From positions 1 through 64,000 of the forward strand of contig CAWHXD010000005.1 of NCBI GenBank assembly GCA_963833225.1: a stretch of 64,000 bases of DNA. Direction: 5' to 3'. Positions 1 to 15,319 of this stretch are shown here, one piece after another. How positions within the stretch are numbered: position 1 is the first letter of the stretch; each line of letters starts with the position of its first letter. The translations under genes and the position numbers were made by a program. Origin of the DNA: an uncultured Chloroflexia bacterium. GTDB lineage: Bacteria; Chloroflexota; Limnocylindria; Limnocylindrales; CSP1-4. The notes under the pieces are model-generated. The model saw only the letters and a program-made list of their open reading frames with translations, was not told where the DNA came from and ran no database searches.

Positions 1-1671
1 CACTATATACCCCACTCACAGAACGAATCACCGCCTTATGTCGTCCAGATACGGATTCAATTGCATCTGAAATTTCACCGATTGTTGCTCGTGCACGTGC
101 TGCATCTACAGCATTCGCAAGAAGATTACCTTCCCCGGTACGAGCAGTTTCTGTCAATACTTCAAGTGTACGCTTTACTTCAGTTTAATCACGTGTAGCT
201 TTCATTTGATTGATACGGTCAATTTGTTTTTGTCGCACAACTGTATTATCGATATCCAAAATGTCAATTGGTTCTTCGACATCAAGTTGATATTTATTGA
301 CGCCAATAATCGATTCAGTTTTAGAATCGATTTGTGCTTGACGTTTCGCAGCCGCTTCTTCAATTTTCATTTTCGGAAGCCCTGTTTCAATTGCTTTCGC
401 CATACCACCAAGTTCTTCAATTTCTTCAATTAATTCCCATGCTTTTTCCATCAGTTCATCTGTCAATTTTTCAACATAGTACGAACCGCCCCATGGATCT
501 AGCGATTTTCGTCATCATCGTTTCTTCTTGTAAGAATAATTGCGTATTTCGTGCAATTCGTGCTGAAAAATCAGTCGGAAGTGCAATTGCTTCGTCAAGT
601 GCGTTTGTATGAAGTGATTGTGTATGCCCCATTGCCGCGGCATTTGCTTCAATCAGTGTACGCGTGACGTTGTTAAACGGATCTTGTTCAGTCAAACTCC
701 AACCAGATGTTTGCGAATGTGTACGAAGTGCAAGTGATTTCGGATTTTCGGGTTCAAATGATTGAATCATTTGTGCCCACATTTTACGAGCTGCACGCAT
801 TTTCGCAATTTCCATAAAGTAGTTCTTTCCAATCGCCCAGAAAAAGGACAATCTCGGTGCAAATGAATCGATATCGATGCCCGCTTTTAACCCTGTTCGA
901 CATATTCAAGTCCATCAGCAAGCGTATAGGCTAACTCAATATCCGCAGTTGCTCCTGCTTCTTGCATATGATAGCCAGAAATTGAAATCGAGTTGAATTT
1001 CGGCATGTTTCTGGATGTAAATTCAAAAATATCAGCAATAATTTTCATCGACATTTCCGGTGGGAAAATATACGTATTTCGCACCATATATTCTTTTAAA
1101 ATATCATTTTGAATTGTTCCTGCAAGTTTTCTGGTGTTACACCTTGTTCTTCTGCCGCTACGATATAAAACGCCATAATCGGTAGTACTGCGCCATTCAT
1201 CGTCATCGAAACAGACATTTCATCGAGCGGAATTCCATCAAATAAAATTTTCATATCTTCAACTGAATCGATAGCAACGCCCGCTTTTCCAACATCTCCC
1301 GTCACACGCGGATGATCAGAGTCATAACCTCGGTGTGTCGCTAAGTCAAAAGCAACAGACAAGCCTTTTTGCCCCATCGCAAGGTTCCGTCTATAAAATG
1401 CATTACTTTCTTCAGCAGTTGAAAATCCTGCATATTGGCGAACTGTCCAAGGTCTCGAAACGTACATTGTCGGATACGGCCCTCTCGTGTTCGGTGTGAT
1501 TCCTGGATAATCATTCAAATGGGAAACATTTTCAACATCTTCTTTAGAATAAACAGGTTTAATATCGATTCCTTCATTCGTCCGAAATGGATTACCTGCT
1601 ATAGGAGATGCTTCGGTTAATGATTCTGCTCCGTGTAATGGATTTACTTTACTAAAATTAGGCTTTTTCAT
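1..1671 (-). CDS. scpA: Methylmalonyl-CoA mutase large subunit (runs off window edge; several frameshifts)
   Basis: Fragments with [66 protein letters not shown]. Confidence 0.93.
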
Positions 1672-3381
1672 TGTTCGCGTCTCCTTTCCAACTATTTTTA
1701 ATTTCAGTAAGTTTCTGCTATTTTATCTTGCCCGCTGAAAATGAATCCATTAAGTCCAGTTTGCTAGCCAATTTTGCGCAAACTTCAGCTTCATATTTTC
1801 CAGCCACGTCATACAATTCCACTTAGGGAGTCCGTTAAGTAAATCTGTCATAACTTCTTCGGTTACATTTGGTTTTGCACAGACAACTGACATAATCCGG
1901 TTGTTCATTCACAATCCACTCATTTGCTTCCTTAGCATTTGTAAATACTGGACTCCACTCTGAATGGATGCCTCCCGTAGCTAAAAATCCACTAACAAAA
2001 TCTGCCCGTGGTTTAACATCTTTTAATTCTCCAAATGTGACTAACACTGTTTTTGGTTGTTGTTCTTGAAAATGTGTTCTTATCTTTTCAAAAGGTTCTG
2101 CTAGACGTCCTTCTACTATCGATACCATCAGATTCTACTAAATGCAGAAGCTGACAAATCTGCATAGATATTCGTGCCAATTAGTGACTTCGTACCTACT
2201 TGCAACATCTTCTGCAGTGGCTGAACTGTTGTGCTTTAAACAGTTGTTCAAGTTTCCCACATTCGACATATGTGCTATAGCCACCAGCCGCATCAATTTC
2301 AACAAACAATTCCCAAGCTTTATCCACAAGTTCATTGGTCAAAGTATCGATAAAATAGGAACCGCCCGAAGGATCGAGTACTTTATCTACAAGTGTTTCT
2401 TCTTTAATAACGAGTTGAACATTCTGTGCGTAACGAATTGATGCGGGAGTCGTGTCCTGTTAATACATTATGTGGATGAACAGTAATCACATCAGCTCCA
2501 CCAAGAACAGCTGAAAACGCTTCATTCCCTGCCCTCAATAAATTGACATACGGATCAAATTTTGAATAAGACCGAAGAGACGTTTCCGTTAAAATCGGAA
2601 TATGACCAACCGATGTTTCACCAAATGATGTTCCAAATGCTTGCCACAAAACTCGAAAAGCACGGATTTTTGCAATTTCCATAAAGAAATGAGTATCAAT
2701 TGCGAAACGAACGAAAAATTGTTCGCTAAACTCATGAAATGTTTGTATAAGCAGTTGCTAGTCTCCGCACCTTGAGCAATTGCAAGAGCCAGCTCTGTGA
2801 CAGCATCTGCACCGTTTAGATGCGACACTGCGTAAATCTGCAGCAAATTGTTCGGACATTTGTATAACCTGCTGGTAAACTGCCACCTCTGTAAGCGAAA
2901 CAGCTCCCCGCACCTTGTCGTTCGATCTTCTGGTATACAAGATCAAACACTTTAAGTAATTGGTCATCTTTGCGTCGTATTTGTCATGAATATCGGATAT
3001 GACGTCACAAGCTCTGCTAATTTCATTAAGTGACTTTTCATCCCATTCAAGTTGTTTTGTCCCGTCATAGACAATTGCTTCATTACCCCGTTCAATCGAA
3101 TTTTTAAGCTCGTACAACAAATGATTGCCCATCCGTTAGCATATTGCTGTTGAGCAACAATCCAACCTGGCTTGTTGTTTTGCAGTCTCTAATCGTTGCA
3201 ATTGTGTCCGTATAATCTGCTTCGTCCCGCAGTATATAACGGTTGTAAATCAATTCCTTCAGATGTTTTTGTAATCAGTTTTTCAAAAGGCTTTCCCTCT
3301 TAATGATTTAACAGCAACTTCTTTCCATTCTAAATAATTTACGTCTTCAAAAGTCGTTGTTTTCATTGTATGTATAGTCAT
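1668..3381 (-). CDS. Methylmalonyl-CoA mutase small subunit (many frameshifts)
   Basis: Fragments [45 protein letters not shown]; ATG at 3381 with GGAGG RBS; directly upstream of the large subunit. Confidence 0.85.
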
Positions 3382-3452
3382 TTTTCGATTCCCTCCTCAA
3401 ACTACTAAACTTACCTCTATTTTACATGAGCATGCTAGCACATTGTAAGGTC

Positions 3453-3486
3453 AAAAAGCCCGGAACCGATAATTCAGGTTCCAGGC
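3453..3486 (-). terminator. Intrinsic terminator after bkdB
   Basis: - strand GCCTGGAACC-loop-GGTTCCGGGC followed by TTTTT. Confidence 0.8.
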
Positions 3487-3494
3487 GGTATAAT

Positions 3495-4793
3495 TTAATA
3501 AATTGATGTGTTTTCTGCAGAAATATTTTCAAGAATTTCTTTCACACGTGCAAGGAAACGTCCGCAACGAGTCCATCAAGTACACGGTGATCGAGTGACA
3601 GACATAGGTTAACCATATCACGTGCGGCAATCATGCCACCGTCCATGATAACTGGACGTTTAACAATCGATTCGACTTGAAGAATTGCCGCTTGTGGATG
3701 ATTAATAATTCCCATCGATTGAACAGAACCGAATGAACCCGTATTATTCACTGTAAATGTTCCGCCTTGCATTTCAGCCGATTTCAATTTTCCTGTACGT
3801 ACTTTCGTCGCAAGTTCTTGAATATCACGGCCAATGCCTTTAATTGTTTTTTCGTCGGCATGATTAATAACTGGAACAAACAATGAATCTTCTGTTGCAA
3901 CAGCGATTGAAATATTAATATCTTTTTTCTGAATAATTTTGTCGCCAGCCCACATTGAATTCATCATCGGGAATTCTTTCAATGCTTGTGATACTGCTTT
4001 CACAAAAAATGCAAAGTATGTTAAGTTGAAGCCTTCCTTTTGTTTGAACTCATTTTTCAATGAATCACGGTAAGCAACAAGGTTTGTTACATCGACTTCA
4101 ATCATCATCCATGCATGTGGTGCTTCATGTTTCGAGCGCAGCATATTGTTCGCGATCGCACGACGAACGCCCGTTACTGGAATTTCAATATCGCCAGCCG
4201 ATACAGGAACTTCCGCTTTTGGTTGTGGTGCATGTAGCTGGTGCGGCTGAGTTGGTGCTGGTTGCTGCAGCTTCTTGAATCAGGTGCTGCTTTTGGAATA
4301 TTTCCACTTTCGATAATCGCTAAAAGATCTTTACGTGTAATTCGTCCACCTCGTCCTGTACCTTCAACGAGTGATAAATCAATATCATTTTCTTGTGAAA
4401 GACGAAGAACTGCCGGTGAATATCGTCCACTTGCACTTTTATCCCGCTTAATCGGTGAAGTTGGTTGTAGTGAACCTTCTGCCGGCATTTCATTAGCAGG
4501 TTCTTCTTTTGCTGGTGACGCAGCTACTTGTGGTTCTGTCGGTTCACTGCTCCTTCAGTTTCAATCACACAAACGATTGCCCCGACTTCTAGTGTTTCTC
4601 CTTCTTGTGCAATTAATTCTTTAATCGTTCCACTAAACGATGAAGGAACTTCAGCATTTACTTTATCTGTATTCACTTCAGCGAGCGGATCATATTTATT
4701 TACTGTATCGCCTGGTTTCACAAGCCATTTCTCAATGGTACCTTCTGTCACACTTTCACCGAGTTGCGGCATTAAAATATTTTCAATAGCCAA
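3495..4793 (-). CDS. bkdB: Branched-chain 2-oxo acid dehydrogenase E2, dihydrolipoamide acyltransferase (frameshifted)
   Basis: Lipoyl domain MPQLGESVTEG..TDKV, E3-binding SPAVLRL..GTGRGGRIT, catalytic DHRVLDG. Confidence 0.93.
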
Positions 4794-4814
4794 TCGATTT
4801 ACCTCCATTTCCAA

Positions 4815-5798
4815 TTAAAATTCAGCAAGTTCACGTGCTGCTTTTTCGACTTTGTCTGGATTCATCATAAAGAATCTTCTCCATTGTCGGTGCATATGGC
4901 ATTGCAGGAACATCTGGTCCTGCAATACGTTTAATTGGTGCATCGAGATCAAACAGGCAATTTTCAGCAATAATTGCTGCAACTTCACCCATGATGCTTC
5001 CTTCTATATTATCTTCTGTTACAAGAAGTACTTTCCCTGTTTTAGAAGCGCTTCAATAATCGCTTCTTTATCGAGTGGATAAACAGTCCGTAAATCAAGA
5101 ATATGTGTTGAAATCCCATCTTCTGCAAGACGTTCAGCCGCTTGAAGTGCAAAGTGAACACAAAGTCCGTACGTGATAATTGTAATGTCATCACCTTCAC
5201 GTTTAACATCTGCTTTTCCGATCGGAAGTACATAATCATCATCTGGAACTTCCCTTTAATTAAACGATAAGCACGTTTATGTTCAAAAAATAAGACTGGA
5301 TCTTCATCACGAATTGCTGCTTTTAAAAGACCTTTCGCATCATAAGGTGTGGAAGGAATAACAATTTTCAAACCAGGTGTGCTTGCAAACATCGCTTCAA
5401 CAGATTGTGAATGATAAAGTGCGCCGTGAACGCCGCCGCCAAATGGTGCACGAATGACAATTGGACATGACCAATCATTATTTGAACGATAACGAATTTT
5501 TGCAGCTTCAGAAACAATTTGGTTCACTGCTGGCATGATGAAATCAGCAAATTGCATTTCAGCAATTGGACGCAAGCCCGTACATTGCCGCACCAATTCC
5601 GACACCTGCAATTGCAGATTCTGCAAGTGGTGCATCAATAACACGGTCTTCCCCAAATTGATCGTAAAGACCTTGTGTTGCTTTAAAAACGCCACCTTTT
5701 ACACCAACATCTTCTCCAAGAACGAAAACACGATCATCTCGTTCCATTTCTTCTTTCATAGCCAGTGTGATCGCATCAATATAAGACATGACAGCCAT
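4815..5798 (-). CDS. bkdAB: Branched-chain 2-oxo acid dehydrogenase E1 beta (frameshifted)
   Basis: [39 protein letters not shown]. Confidence 0.93.
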
Positions 5799-6812
5799 TA
5801 TTCGTTCCCCCCTTCTTCAGCATACACATGAAGGAGCGCAGATTCAGGCATCTGCATACGGAGCATTTTCCGCATAATCAGTTGCTTCGTTTACTTCTTT
5901 CATAATGCGTTCTTCCATTTCTTTTTCAAATTCATCAGTTAAAACGCCGACTTCTTTTAAATAAGCAGCAAATGTAATGATTCGGATCTTTTGCTTTTTC
6001 TATTTTCAAGTTCTTCTGCATGAACGATATTGACGATGATCATCATCAGAGGAGTGAGATGTCAATCGATAACAAACCGTTTCAACTAAGGCTTGGACCT
6101 TCACCGCGACGTGCACGGTCTGCCGCTTCTTTTACAACACGATAAACTTCAAGTGGATCTGTTCCGTCAACTGTAACACCCGGCATGCCATAACCAATTG
6201 CACGGTCTGAAACATTTTCAGCACGCAAGTTGTTTTTCAATTGGAACAGAAATCGCATATTTATTGTTTTCAACCATAATAACAGTTGGTAATTTATGAA
6301 CACCGGCAAAGTTCATTCCTTCATGGAAATCACCTTGGTTGGAAGAACCTTCTCCAAGTGTAACAAATGTAATGAAATCTTCCTTTTTCATTTTCGCAGC
6401 AAGTGCAACACCGACTGCATGTGGAAATTGTGTTGTAACAGGAGATGAACCTGTTAAAATACGATTTTTTCTTTGACCAAAGTGACCTGGCATTTGACGT
6501 CCACCTGAGTTCGGATCTTCCGCTTTTGCAAATGCAGAAAGCATTAAATCTTTTGTTGTCATTCCAAAATGAAGAACAACACCCATATCACGGTAATAAG
6601 GTGCAATCCAGTCTTTATCTTTATCAAGTGCAAATGCTGCTCCAACTTGTGCTGCTTCTTGTCCTTGACAAGAAATAACAAATGGAATTTTCCCTGCACG
6701 GTTCAATAGCCACATCCGTTCATCGATTCGACGTGCCATCGAACATCGTTTCAAAAATTTTTAATACATCTTCATTTGTTAATCCAAGTTCTTCATGACG
6801 ATTTTTTGCCAT
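5798..6812 (-). CDS. bkdAA: Branched-chain 2-oxo acid dehydrogenase E1 alpha (frameshifted)
   Basis: GQEAAQVG, PYYRD, GGRQMPGH, TPP motif GEGSSNQGDFHEGMNFA..ENNKYAIS. Confidence 0.93.
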
Positions 6813-6829
6813 TTCTATTAATCCCCCTT

Positions 6830-8255
<1,426 letters not shown>

Positions 8256-8275
8256 TTAAATGGCCTCCTTCAAAA

Positions 8276-9389
<1,114 letters not shown>

Positions 9390-9435
9390 TCATGTTTATT
9401 TCAATTAACGATCGAAAAAAGCTGGTAAAACGTGA

Positions 9436-10532
9436 TTATCTTCCTGTTAATACACTTTTTTCGTTTTGTAAAAATTGGCTACGTGATTTCGCAACACGTG
9501 CAATGCGTTCTTCCGCAAGACGGTCTGCTGCAACATACGTTGGAATATTATCACGTTTTGAGATATTCGAAAATTTTTCGAATTGTATCGTAAATACCTT
9601 CAACACGTTTCAATGCACGTTCACGGTTATAGCCAGCTAATTCATCTGCAACATTAATAACGCCGCCTGAGTTGATGACATAGTCCGGTGCATAAACAAT
9701 GCCCATTTCATGAATTATGTCACCGTGATGAGTTTCTTTCAATTGGTTATTTGCAGAACCTGCAATCACTTTCACTTTAAATTGTGGAATCGTTTCATCA
9801 TTAATGATTGCGCCAAGTGCACATGGTGCAAAAATATCCGCTTCTTGTGAATAGATTTCATTGATACCAACAGCTGTTGCACCAAATGCATCGACTGCAC
9901 GTTGAACTGCTTCTTCGTTAATATCAGTACAATTAGTTTCGCGCCTTCTTCATGCAAATGTTCGCAAAGTGTATAATGCAACGTTTCCGACACCTTGAAC
10001 AGCTACTGTTTTACCTTCAAGAGAATCAGTTCCAAATGCTTCTTTTGCTGCTGCTTTCATCCCTTCATAAATTCCGTAAGCAGTAACAGGTGAAGGATTA
10101 CCAGATGAACCCGATCCAGCTGAAGTACCTGTTACATAATCTGTTTCAAGATTGAATAAGATCCATATCATCTTCAGTTGTTCCAACATCTTCCGCAGTA
10201 ATATAACGACCGTTCAATCCTTCGATAAAACGACCAAATGCACGGAACATTTCATCGTTTTTATCTGTTCTTGGATTACCGATAATAACTGTTTTTCCGC
10301 CGCCAAGATTTAATCCTGCTGCTGCATTTTTATAAGTCATTCCACGTGCAAGACGAAGTGCATCTTCAATTGCTTCACTTTCACTTGCATACGTCCACAT
10401 ACGTGTTCCACCAAGTGCTGGTCCAAGTGTTGTATCGTGAATTGCGATGATTGCTTTTAATCCTGATGTTTTATCCTGACAAAAAACGACTTGCTCATAA
10501 TCATATGTTTCCATATATTTAAAAATTTCCAT
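9436..10532 (-). CDS. bcd: Leucine (branched-chain amino acid) dehydrogenase (frameshifted)
   Basis: [42 protein letters not shown]. Confidence 0.93.
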
Positions 10533-10574
10533 TGATAATTCCTCCTTGGGGTTGCGTCATTTTGTATGCATTGT

Positions 10575-11491
10575 TTAATTTTTTGTGTGCTAAAGATGGC
10601 TAAGTGCAATGAATACAGTTTACTTTCAGCACTATCTGCCCTTGATGTAAGGACAATTGGTGCTCTGGCACCTTGGATAATTGCGCCGACTTTCGCATTT
10701 GCAAAATACATTAGTGATTTATATAAAATATTGCCTGCTTCAATGTTCGGAACAACTAGAATATCAGCTTTACCAGCTGTTTCCCTGTAATTCCTTTTTG
10801 TGCTAGCAGCTTCTTCGGAAACTGCATTATCAAGCGCAAGTGGACCATCAATGATGCAACCATTAATTTGTCCACGTTTATTCATGACGACTAGTGATGC
10901 GGCATCTGTTGTTGGCACCATTGCTGGATTGATCGTTTCAATTGCTGCAAGTGGCGCAACAATCGGTCATGTCCACACCACAAGCATGGGCAGTAGCAAC
11001 TGCATTACGAATAATTTGTGCTTTCGCTTCAAGATCAGGTGCAATATTCATCGCCGCATCTGTCACAAATAGCAGTCGATCATAGCCCGGCACTTCAAAA
11101 GCTGCAACATGAGAAAGGATTTTTCCCGTTCGAAGTCCATATTCACTATTCAAAACTGCTTTCAAAATAATGGATGTTGCCAAATTACCTTTCATCAGAA
11201 CATGTGCATGTCCACTTGAAACCGCTTTCACTGCTTCAAGTGCCGCATGCGCTGCATCTTTCCGTATGATGAATACTAATTTTTTCATGTTGAAAGTAAA
11301 TGATGAAAATTGTTGTCATCAATGCGTCATCACTTTATTTTCATCATCAAATAGCATAAATGAAGCGATCCCTTCATCAATAGCTGAACTAACGGCTTCA
11401 AGAACTTCCAAATCTGCAGCTGATGCGACAGCAACAACTGGATCCGTTTTTTCGATGCTGCTCTTTCGACGATTGAATCAAGTGTAATCAT
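10575..11491 (-). CDS. ptb: Phosphate butyryltransferase (frameshifted)
   Basis: LMKG, LSHVAAFE, TDAAMNIAP, DGPLALDNA, PNIEAGN, LTSRADS. Confidence 0.9.
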
Positions 11492-11535
11492 TTCTTTTCT
11501 TCCAGATCGATTACGCCTAGGTGACTGCTGTCAAA

Positions 11536-13582
11536 TTAAACGAGGTTGAATTTTTCAAGTTTATAATAAAGTGATCGAAGCGAAATACCTAATCTATTAG
11601 CAGTTATCGATTTATTTCCTTCATTTTCACGAAGAGCCGTTTCAAGAATGGATTTTTCATAATCATCCATGATGGAAGCAAGTGTACTTTTTTCCGGAAG
11701 AATTGACGGTTCCTCATCTTACGGTTTGCAGAGTAAAGTGATTTCATCAATATCTTCTAATCCGAGAATGACTTCTCTTGATTCCATATAAATCATTGCA
11801 CGACTAAGCACATTTTCAAGTTCCCGAACATTTCCTGGCCAATCATATTGCTTTAAGCCGATCTTGCGCTTCTTTCGTAATTTCATCTACTTTCATCCCG
11901 AATTCCTGATTTAGCTTCACAAGCAAATGTTCGACAATTGATGGAATATCTTCTTTTCGTGACCGAAGGGTGGAATTTGAATCGAAATTCGATTTAATAC
12001 ATAATACAATTCTTCAATGAAACGTGCCTTCATGCATTGCTTTTTCTAAATTCTTAGACGTTGCTGTGATTAAACGAACAGATAACTTCAATAGGTTCTT
12101 TACTGCCTACTGGATAAATCGTTCCTTCTTAAATAATGTAAGTAGTTTTTCTTGAACCACAAGCGGCAAATCAGCAATTTCATCAAGAAACAGTGTACCA
12201 TTATTGCGATTCTATGAACAAGACTATCTTTTAAACCATTCGTCTTGCGCTATCAGTCTCTTGACCAAATAAGTTCGCTTCTAATGTAGCTGGATGAATT
12301 GTTGCACAATTGACGCGAATGAACTTATTAAATTTCCGTTCACTTTCACTATGAATGGCATGTGCAAACAATTCTTTTCCGGTTCCTGTTTCTCCTCGAA
12401 ATAAGACAGGGAAGTTATTTTGCAGCAAGTTTTGCTTGTTCAATTGAAATTTCGAATATCCGTCGAACCTCCAAAAATATCATCAAATGTATAAGTCGAT
12501 TCAAGTTTACGAATAATTGTTCGCGCCCTGGTCAAGTTCATTCATCAAATTTCTCATTTCGGTAATGTCATGAATGACACCGACACTACCTTTAACTTGA
12601 TGATCGACAATAATTGGTGCAACATTGACAATCACTTCACTGTTATTTTCACCAACACGCATATTGACACCGCGAACAGGTTTTCTTGTTTCAAGCACTT
12701 TCATATGAATACTTTCGCCTTCATTAATATCTGCAGTAGCAGGCTTCCCAATCATTTCATCTTCTGTCAAACCCGTAATCCGTGTATACGCTGGATTGAC
12801 AAGAATTCCATTGCCTTTTTCATCAACAACAGAAATCGCATCATCACTTGAATGAATAATTGCTTCAAGCATCGTTTTTACTTTTTTCAAATCCGTAATT
12901 TCTTCTGCAAGCGCAAAACTTCCGTCATATCTTTAAACACTGCAAAAGCGCCAACTTTTTTCCCTTTATAATCAATAAAGCGGATAACGAGAAGTGACAA
13001 TTTTAAGACCATTTGCAAGAATTAGTTCCTTGTTCAATTCCGATCTACCTGAATCAAAGACATGTGGTAAGCTTAGTTATAGGGATTACTTCAGTGATCG
13101 TTTTACCAATCGCATCTTCAATTGCGACACCCGTCATTCGAGCAGCACTTTTATTGAAAAAGTCAACATTCCCATCTTCATCAATGCCAATCATACCTTC
13201 TTCAATTGAATCGAAGATCATTCGTCTGTTTATGCATTTCTGCACGAATCCGTTTAATATATGTATCATTCTCCTCAAGTAGATGGACAAGAAGATTTGC
13301 AACTGAACCAGGTATTAGTACAGTATGGGCAGGTCTCGCTTTTAATAGTTCAGCGAATACCGATTATCACCGGTTACATCGAAAATGATATGCAAATCAG
13401 GTGTAAGATGTGACTTTCCAATCACTTCCATATGCAATGCCAAGATTTTTTGCACGGATAATTCCTGGTGCATTTTCATCAGTATCAATGATTGCTTTCA
13501 CATTCATAAAATCTAAATTTTGGAGAAGGTCCAGTATTATCGATCCGCCTGTCCCTGCCCCGACAATGAGAACGTTTTGCAA
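11536..13582 (-). CDS. bkdR: BkdR-like PAS/AAA+/HTH regulator (frameshifted; GAFTGA loop not found)
   Basis: N-terminal [10 protein letters not shown], two PAS segments, [27 protein letters not shown]-terminal [15 protein letters not shown]; upstream of ptb. Confidence 0.85.
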
Positions 13583-14093
13583 GGATATTCATTCTCCTTT
13601 TTCAAACCATGCAATCTTTTGCAATTACAATTTCATCATACACGATTGCTCTCTTCTTGACAATATATCTTTATATTAAATATTAAAAGGCTATATACAG
13701 TTCAAGAGAGTACTGTTCATAAATAGAAGGTTCAGATGATTCAGTTAGCTGTTTTCCGGAGGACTTTGCAATTCACGAGTTCTTTAAGCGCCTAATGTAT
13801 TTGAATTTAACTTGCCGGGGACGTCTCAAAGACCCATTGTTGGCAGGCGAAAAATGGATAATATTGCTTTGCATTTATTTGCACGCTCGATATCTATCCC
13901 GAAACCTTTAACATGCCCCTGCAACATTTTGCGCTTCACCTTTTAGGTCAGCGACTTTCTTTACTCTTTAAAATGTCTTCTTTTCCATCTTGTTTTTCAG
14001 CTGAAGCTTTAATTGTTACATCTGTTGTTTCCCCTTCTATGAGAAACTTATTCCAATTTGGCACATCAGCGCCAACTCCGTAGTTTTCACACA

Positions 14094-14119
14094 GAAAAAG
14101 CACCGCCTAGGACGATGCT
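14094..14119 (-). terminator. Intrinsic terminator after the small lipoprotein gene
   Basis: - strand AGCATCGTC-CTA-GGCGGTGCT followed by TTTT. Confidence 0.65.
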
Positions 14120-14132
14120 ACATAATGCTTTA

Positions 14133-14273
14133 TTAATTATGCTCGTCATTATATTGTTCTGACGGTTCTTCTGTTGAATCTGGTTCATTTTCATCAGCGC
14201 CGTTACATCCAAATAATAAGCCTGCTGACAAAATAACCGACATAAACGGAAGAAAGAATTTTTTATACTTCAC
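14133..14273 (-). CDS. 46-aa small acidic lipoprotein (below ORF-track cutoff)
   Basis: GTG start with AGGAGGG RBS; [46 protein letters not shown]; lipobox LFGC; terminator follows. Confidence 0.75.
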   Translation of the reverse strand: MKYKKFFLPFMSVILSAGLLFGCNGADENEPDSTEEPSEQYNDEHN

Positions 14274-14290
14274 TTCGTTCCCTCCTATCT

Positions 14291-15104
14291 AGTGTTCCTG
14301 AATTCATTGCAACACCAACATCTGCTTGCGCAAGTGCGGGCGCATCATTTGTTCCGTCGCCCATCATAGCAATAAGCTTCCCATCCTTCTGCTCTTTTAA
14401 AATATAATTCATTTTATCTTCAGGCTTTGCTTCCGCAATGAAATCATCTACTCCTGCCTGCTTTGCAATATACTTTGCTGTTAACGGATTATCACCTGTT
14501 ACCATTACAGTTTTTACGCCCATTTTTCTTAACCTTGCAAACCGTCCCTGGATTTCCGGTTTTATAATATCTTCAAGCTGAATAACTCCCACAGCTTTTT
14601 TATTAAACACCAACAACCAAAGGCGTTCCGCCGTTGGAAGCTATCTCCGTTATCTTCTCATCAATTTCAGGATGGGCTCCATCGGTTTGACCGGTCCAGT
14701 TTTTAATTGCATCCATGCACCTTTCCTTATTGATGTTCCATCCTGCAAATCAATTCCCACTCATTCTTGTTTCAGCAGTAAATCCAATAAATTTTCCATC
14801 CTGTTTTGAACTTTGCAATATATAAGGCTCGAGTTTTTGTGCGAGTTCAACAATAGATTTCCTTCAGGAGTAGGATCGGAAAAGAACTTAACAAACAATA
14901 TTTTACAAATTCATTTTTATTAATTCCATTTAGTGGAAACAAATTTGTCGCTTTACGATTCCCTATCGTAATTGTTCCGGTCTTATCAAGAAGAACTGTA
15001 TCAATGTCTCCTGCATTCTCAACAGCCTTACCTGATTTTGCAATTACGTTTGCACGAAGAGCTCTGTCCATTCCTGCAATACCAATTGCTGAAAGTAATC
15101 CACC
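14291..15104 (-). pseudogene. kdpB: Internal fragment of potassium-transporting P-type ATPase subunit B; both ends missing, probably an assembly fragment
   Basis: [63 protein letters not shown]; no kdpA/kdpC adjacent. Confidence 0.88.
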
Positions 15105-15319
15105 TCGCGAGCGGTGATGCCGGGACCGGACGAGGAGGCGTCAGCACGCATCGTCCGCAGTTTGTAGATCGTGAAGGTCCCTGCGGGACGGACGCGGGTC
15201 GCGCGGTGGAATGCGGGGCCGGGTGAGGTGAGGCGAACGGCCAGTCCCAGCCCGAGGATGAGCGGCCCGAGTACCACGAGCCCCACGGCAGCCAGGGACC
15301 GCTGGATCAGGCTGGGCAC
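15105..15319 (-). CDS. Sugar transferase (priming phosphoglycosyl transferase), truncated at the junction
   Basis: TM helix, then [30 protein letters not shown]; the frame then runs into kdpB DNA. Confidence 0.8.

Noticed and set aside
13690-14090. Possible coding fragment on the - strand (..NYGVGADVPNWNKFLIEGETTDV..) or the small gene usually found beside bkdR
   Set aside because: No intact frame, start or recognisable family; too error-rich to call.
14280-15120. Horizontal transfer or mobile element explaining the GC switch
   Set aside because: No transposase, integrase, terminal repeats, target duplication or tRNA seen; genes are cut mid-frame, which fits an artefact.
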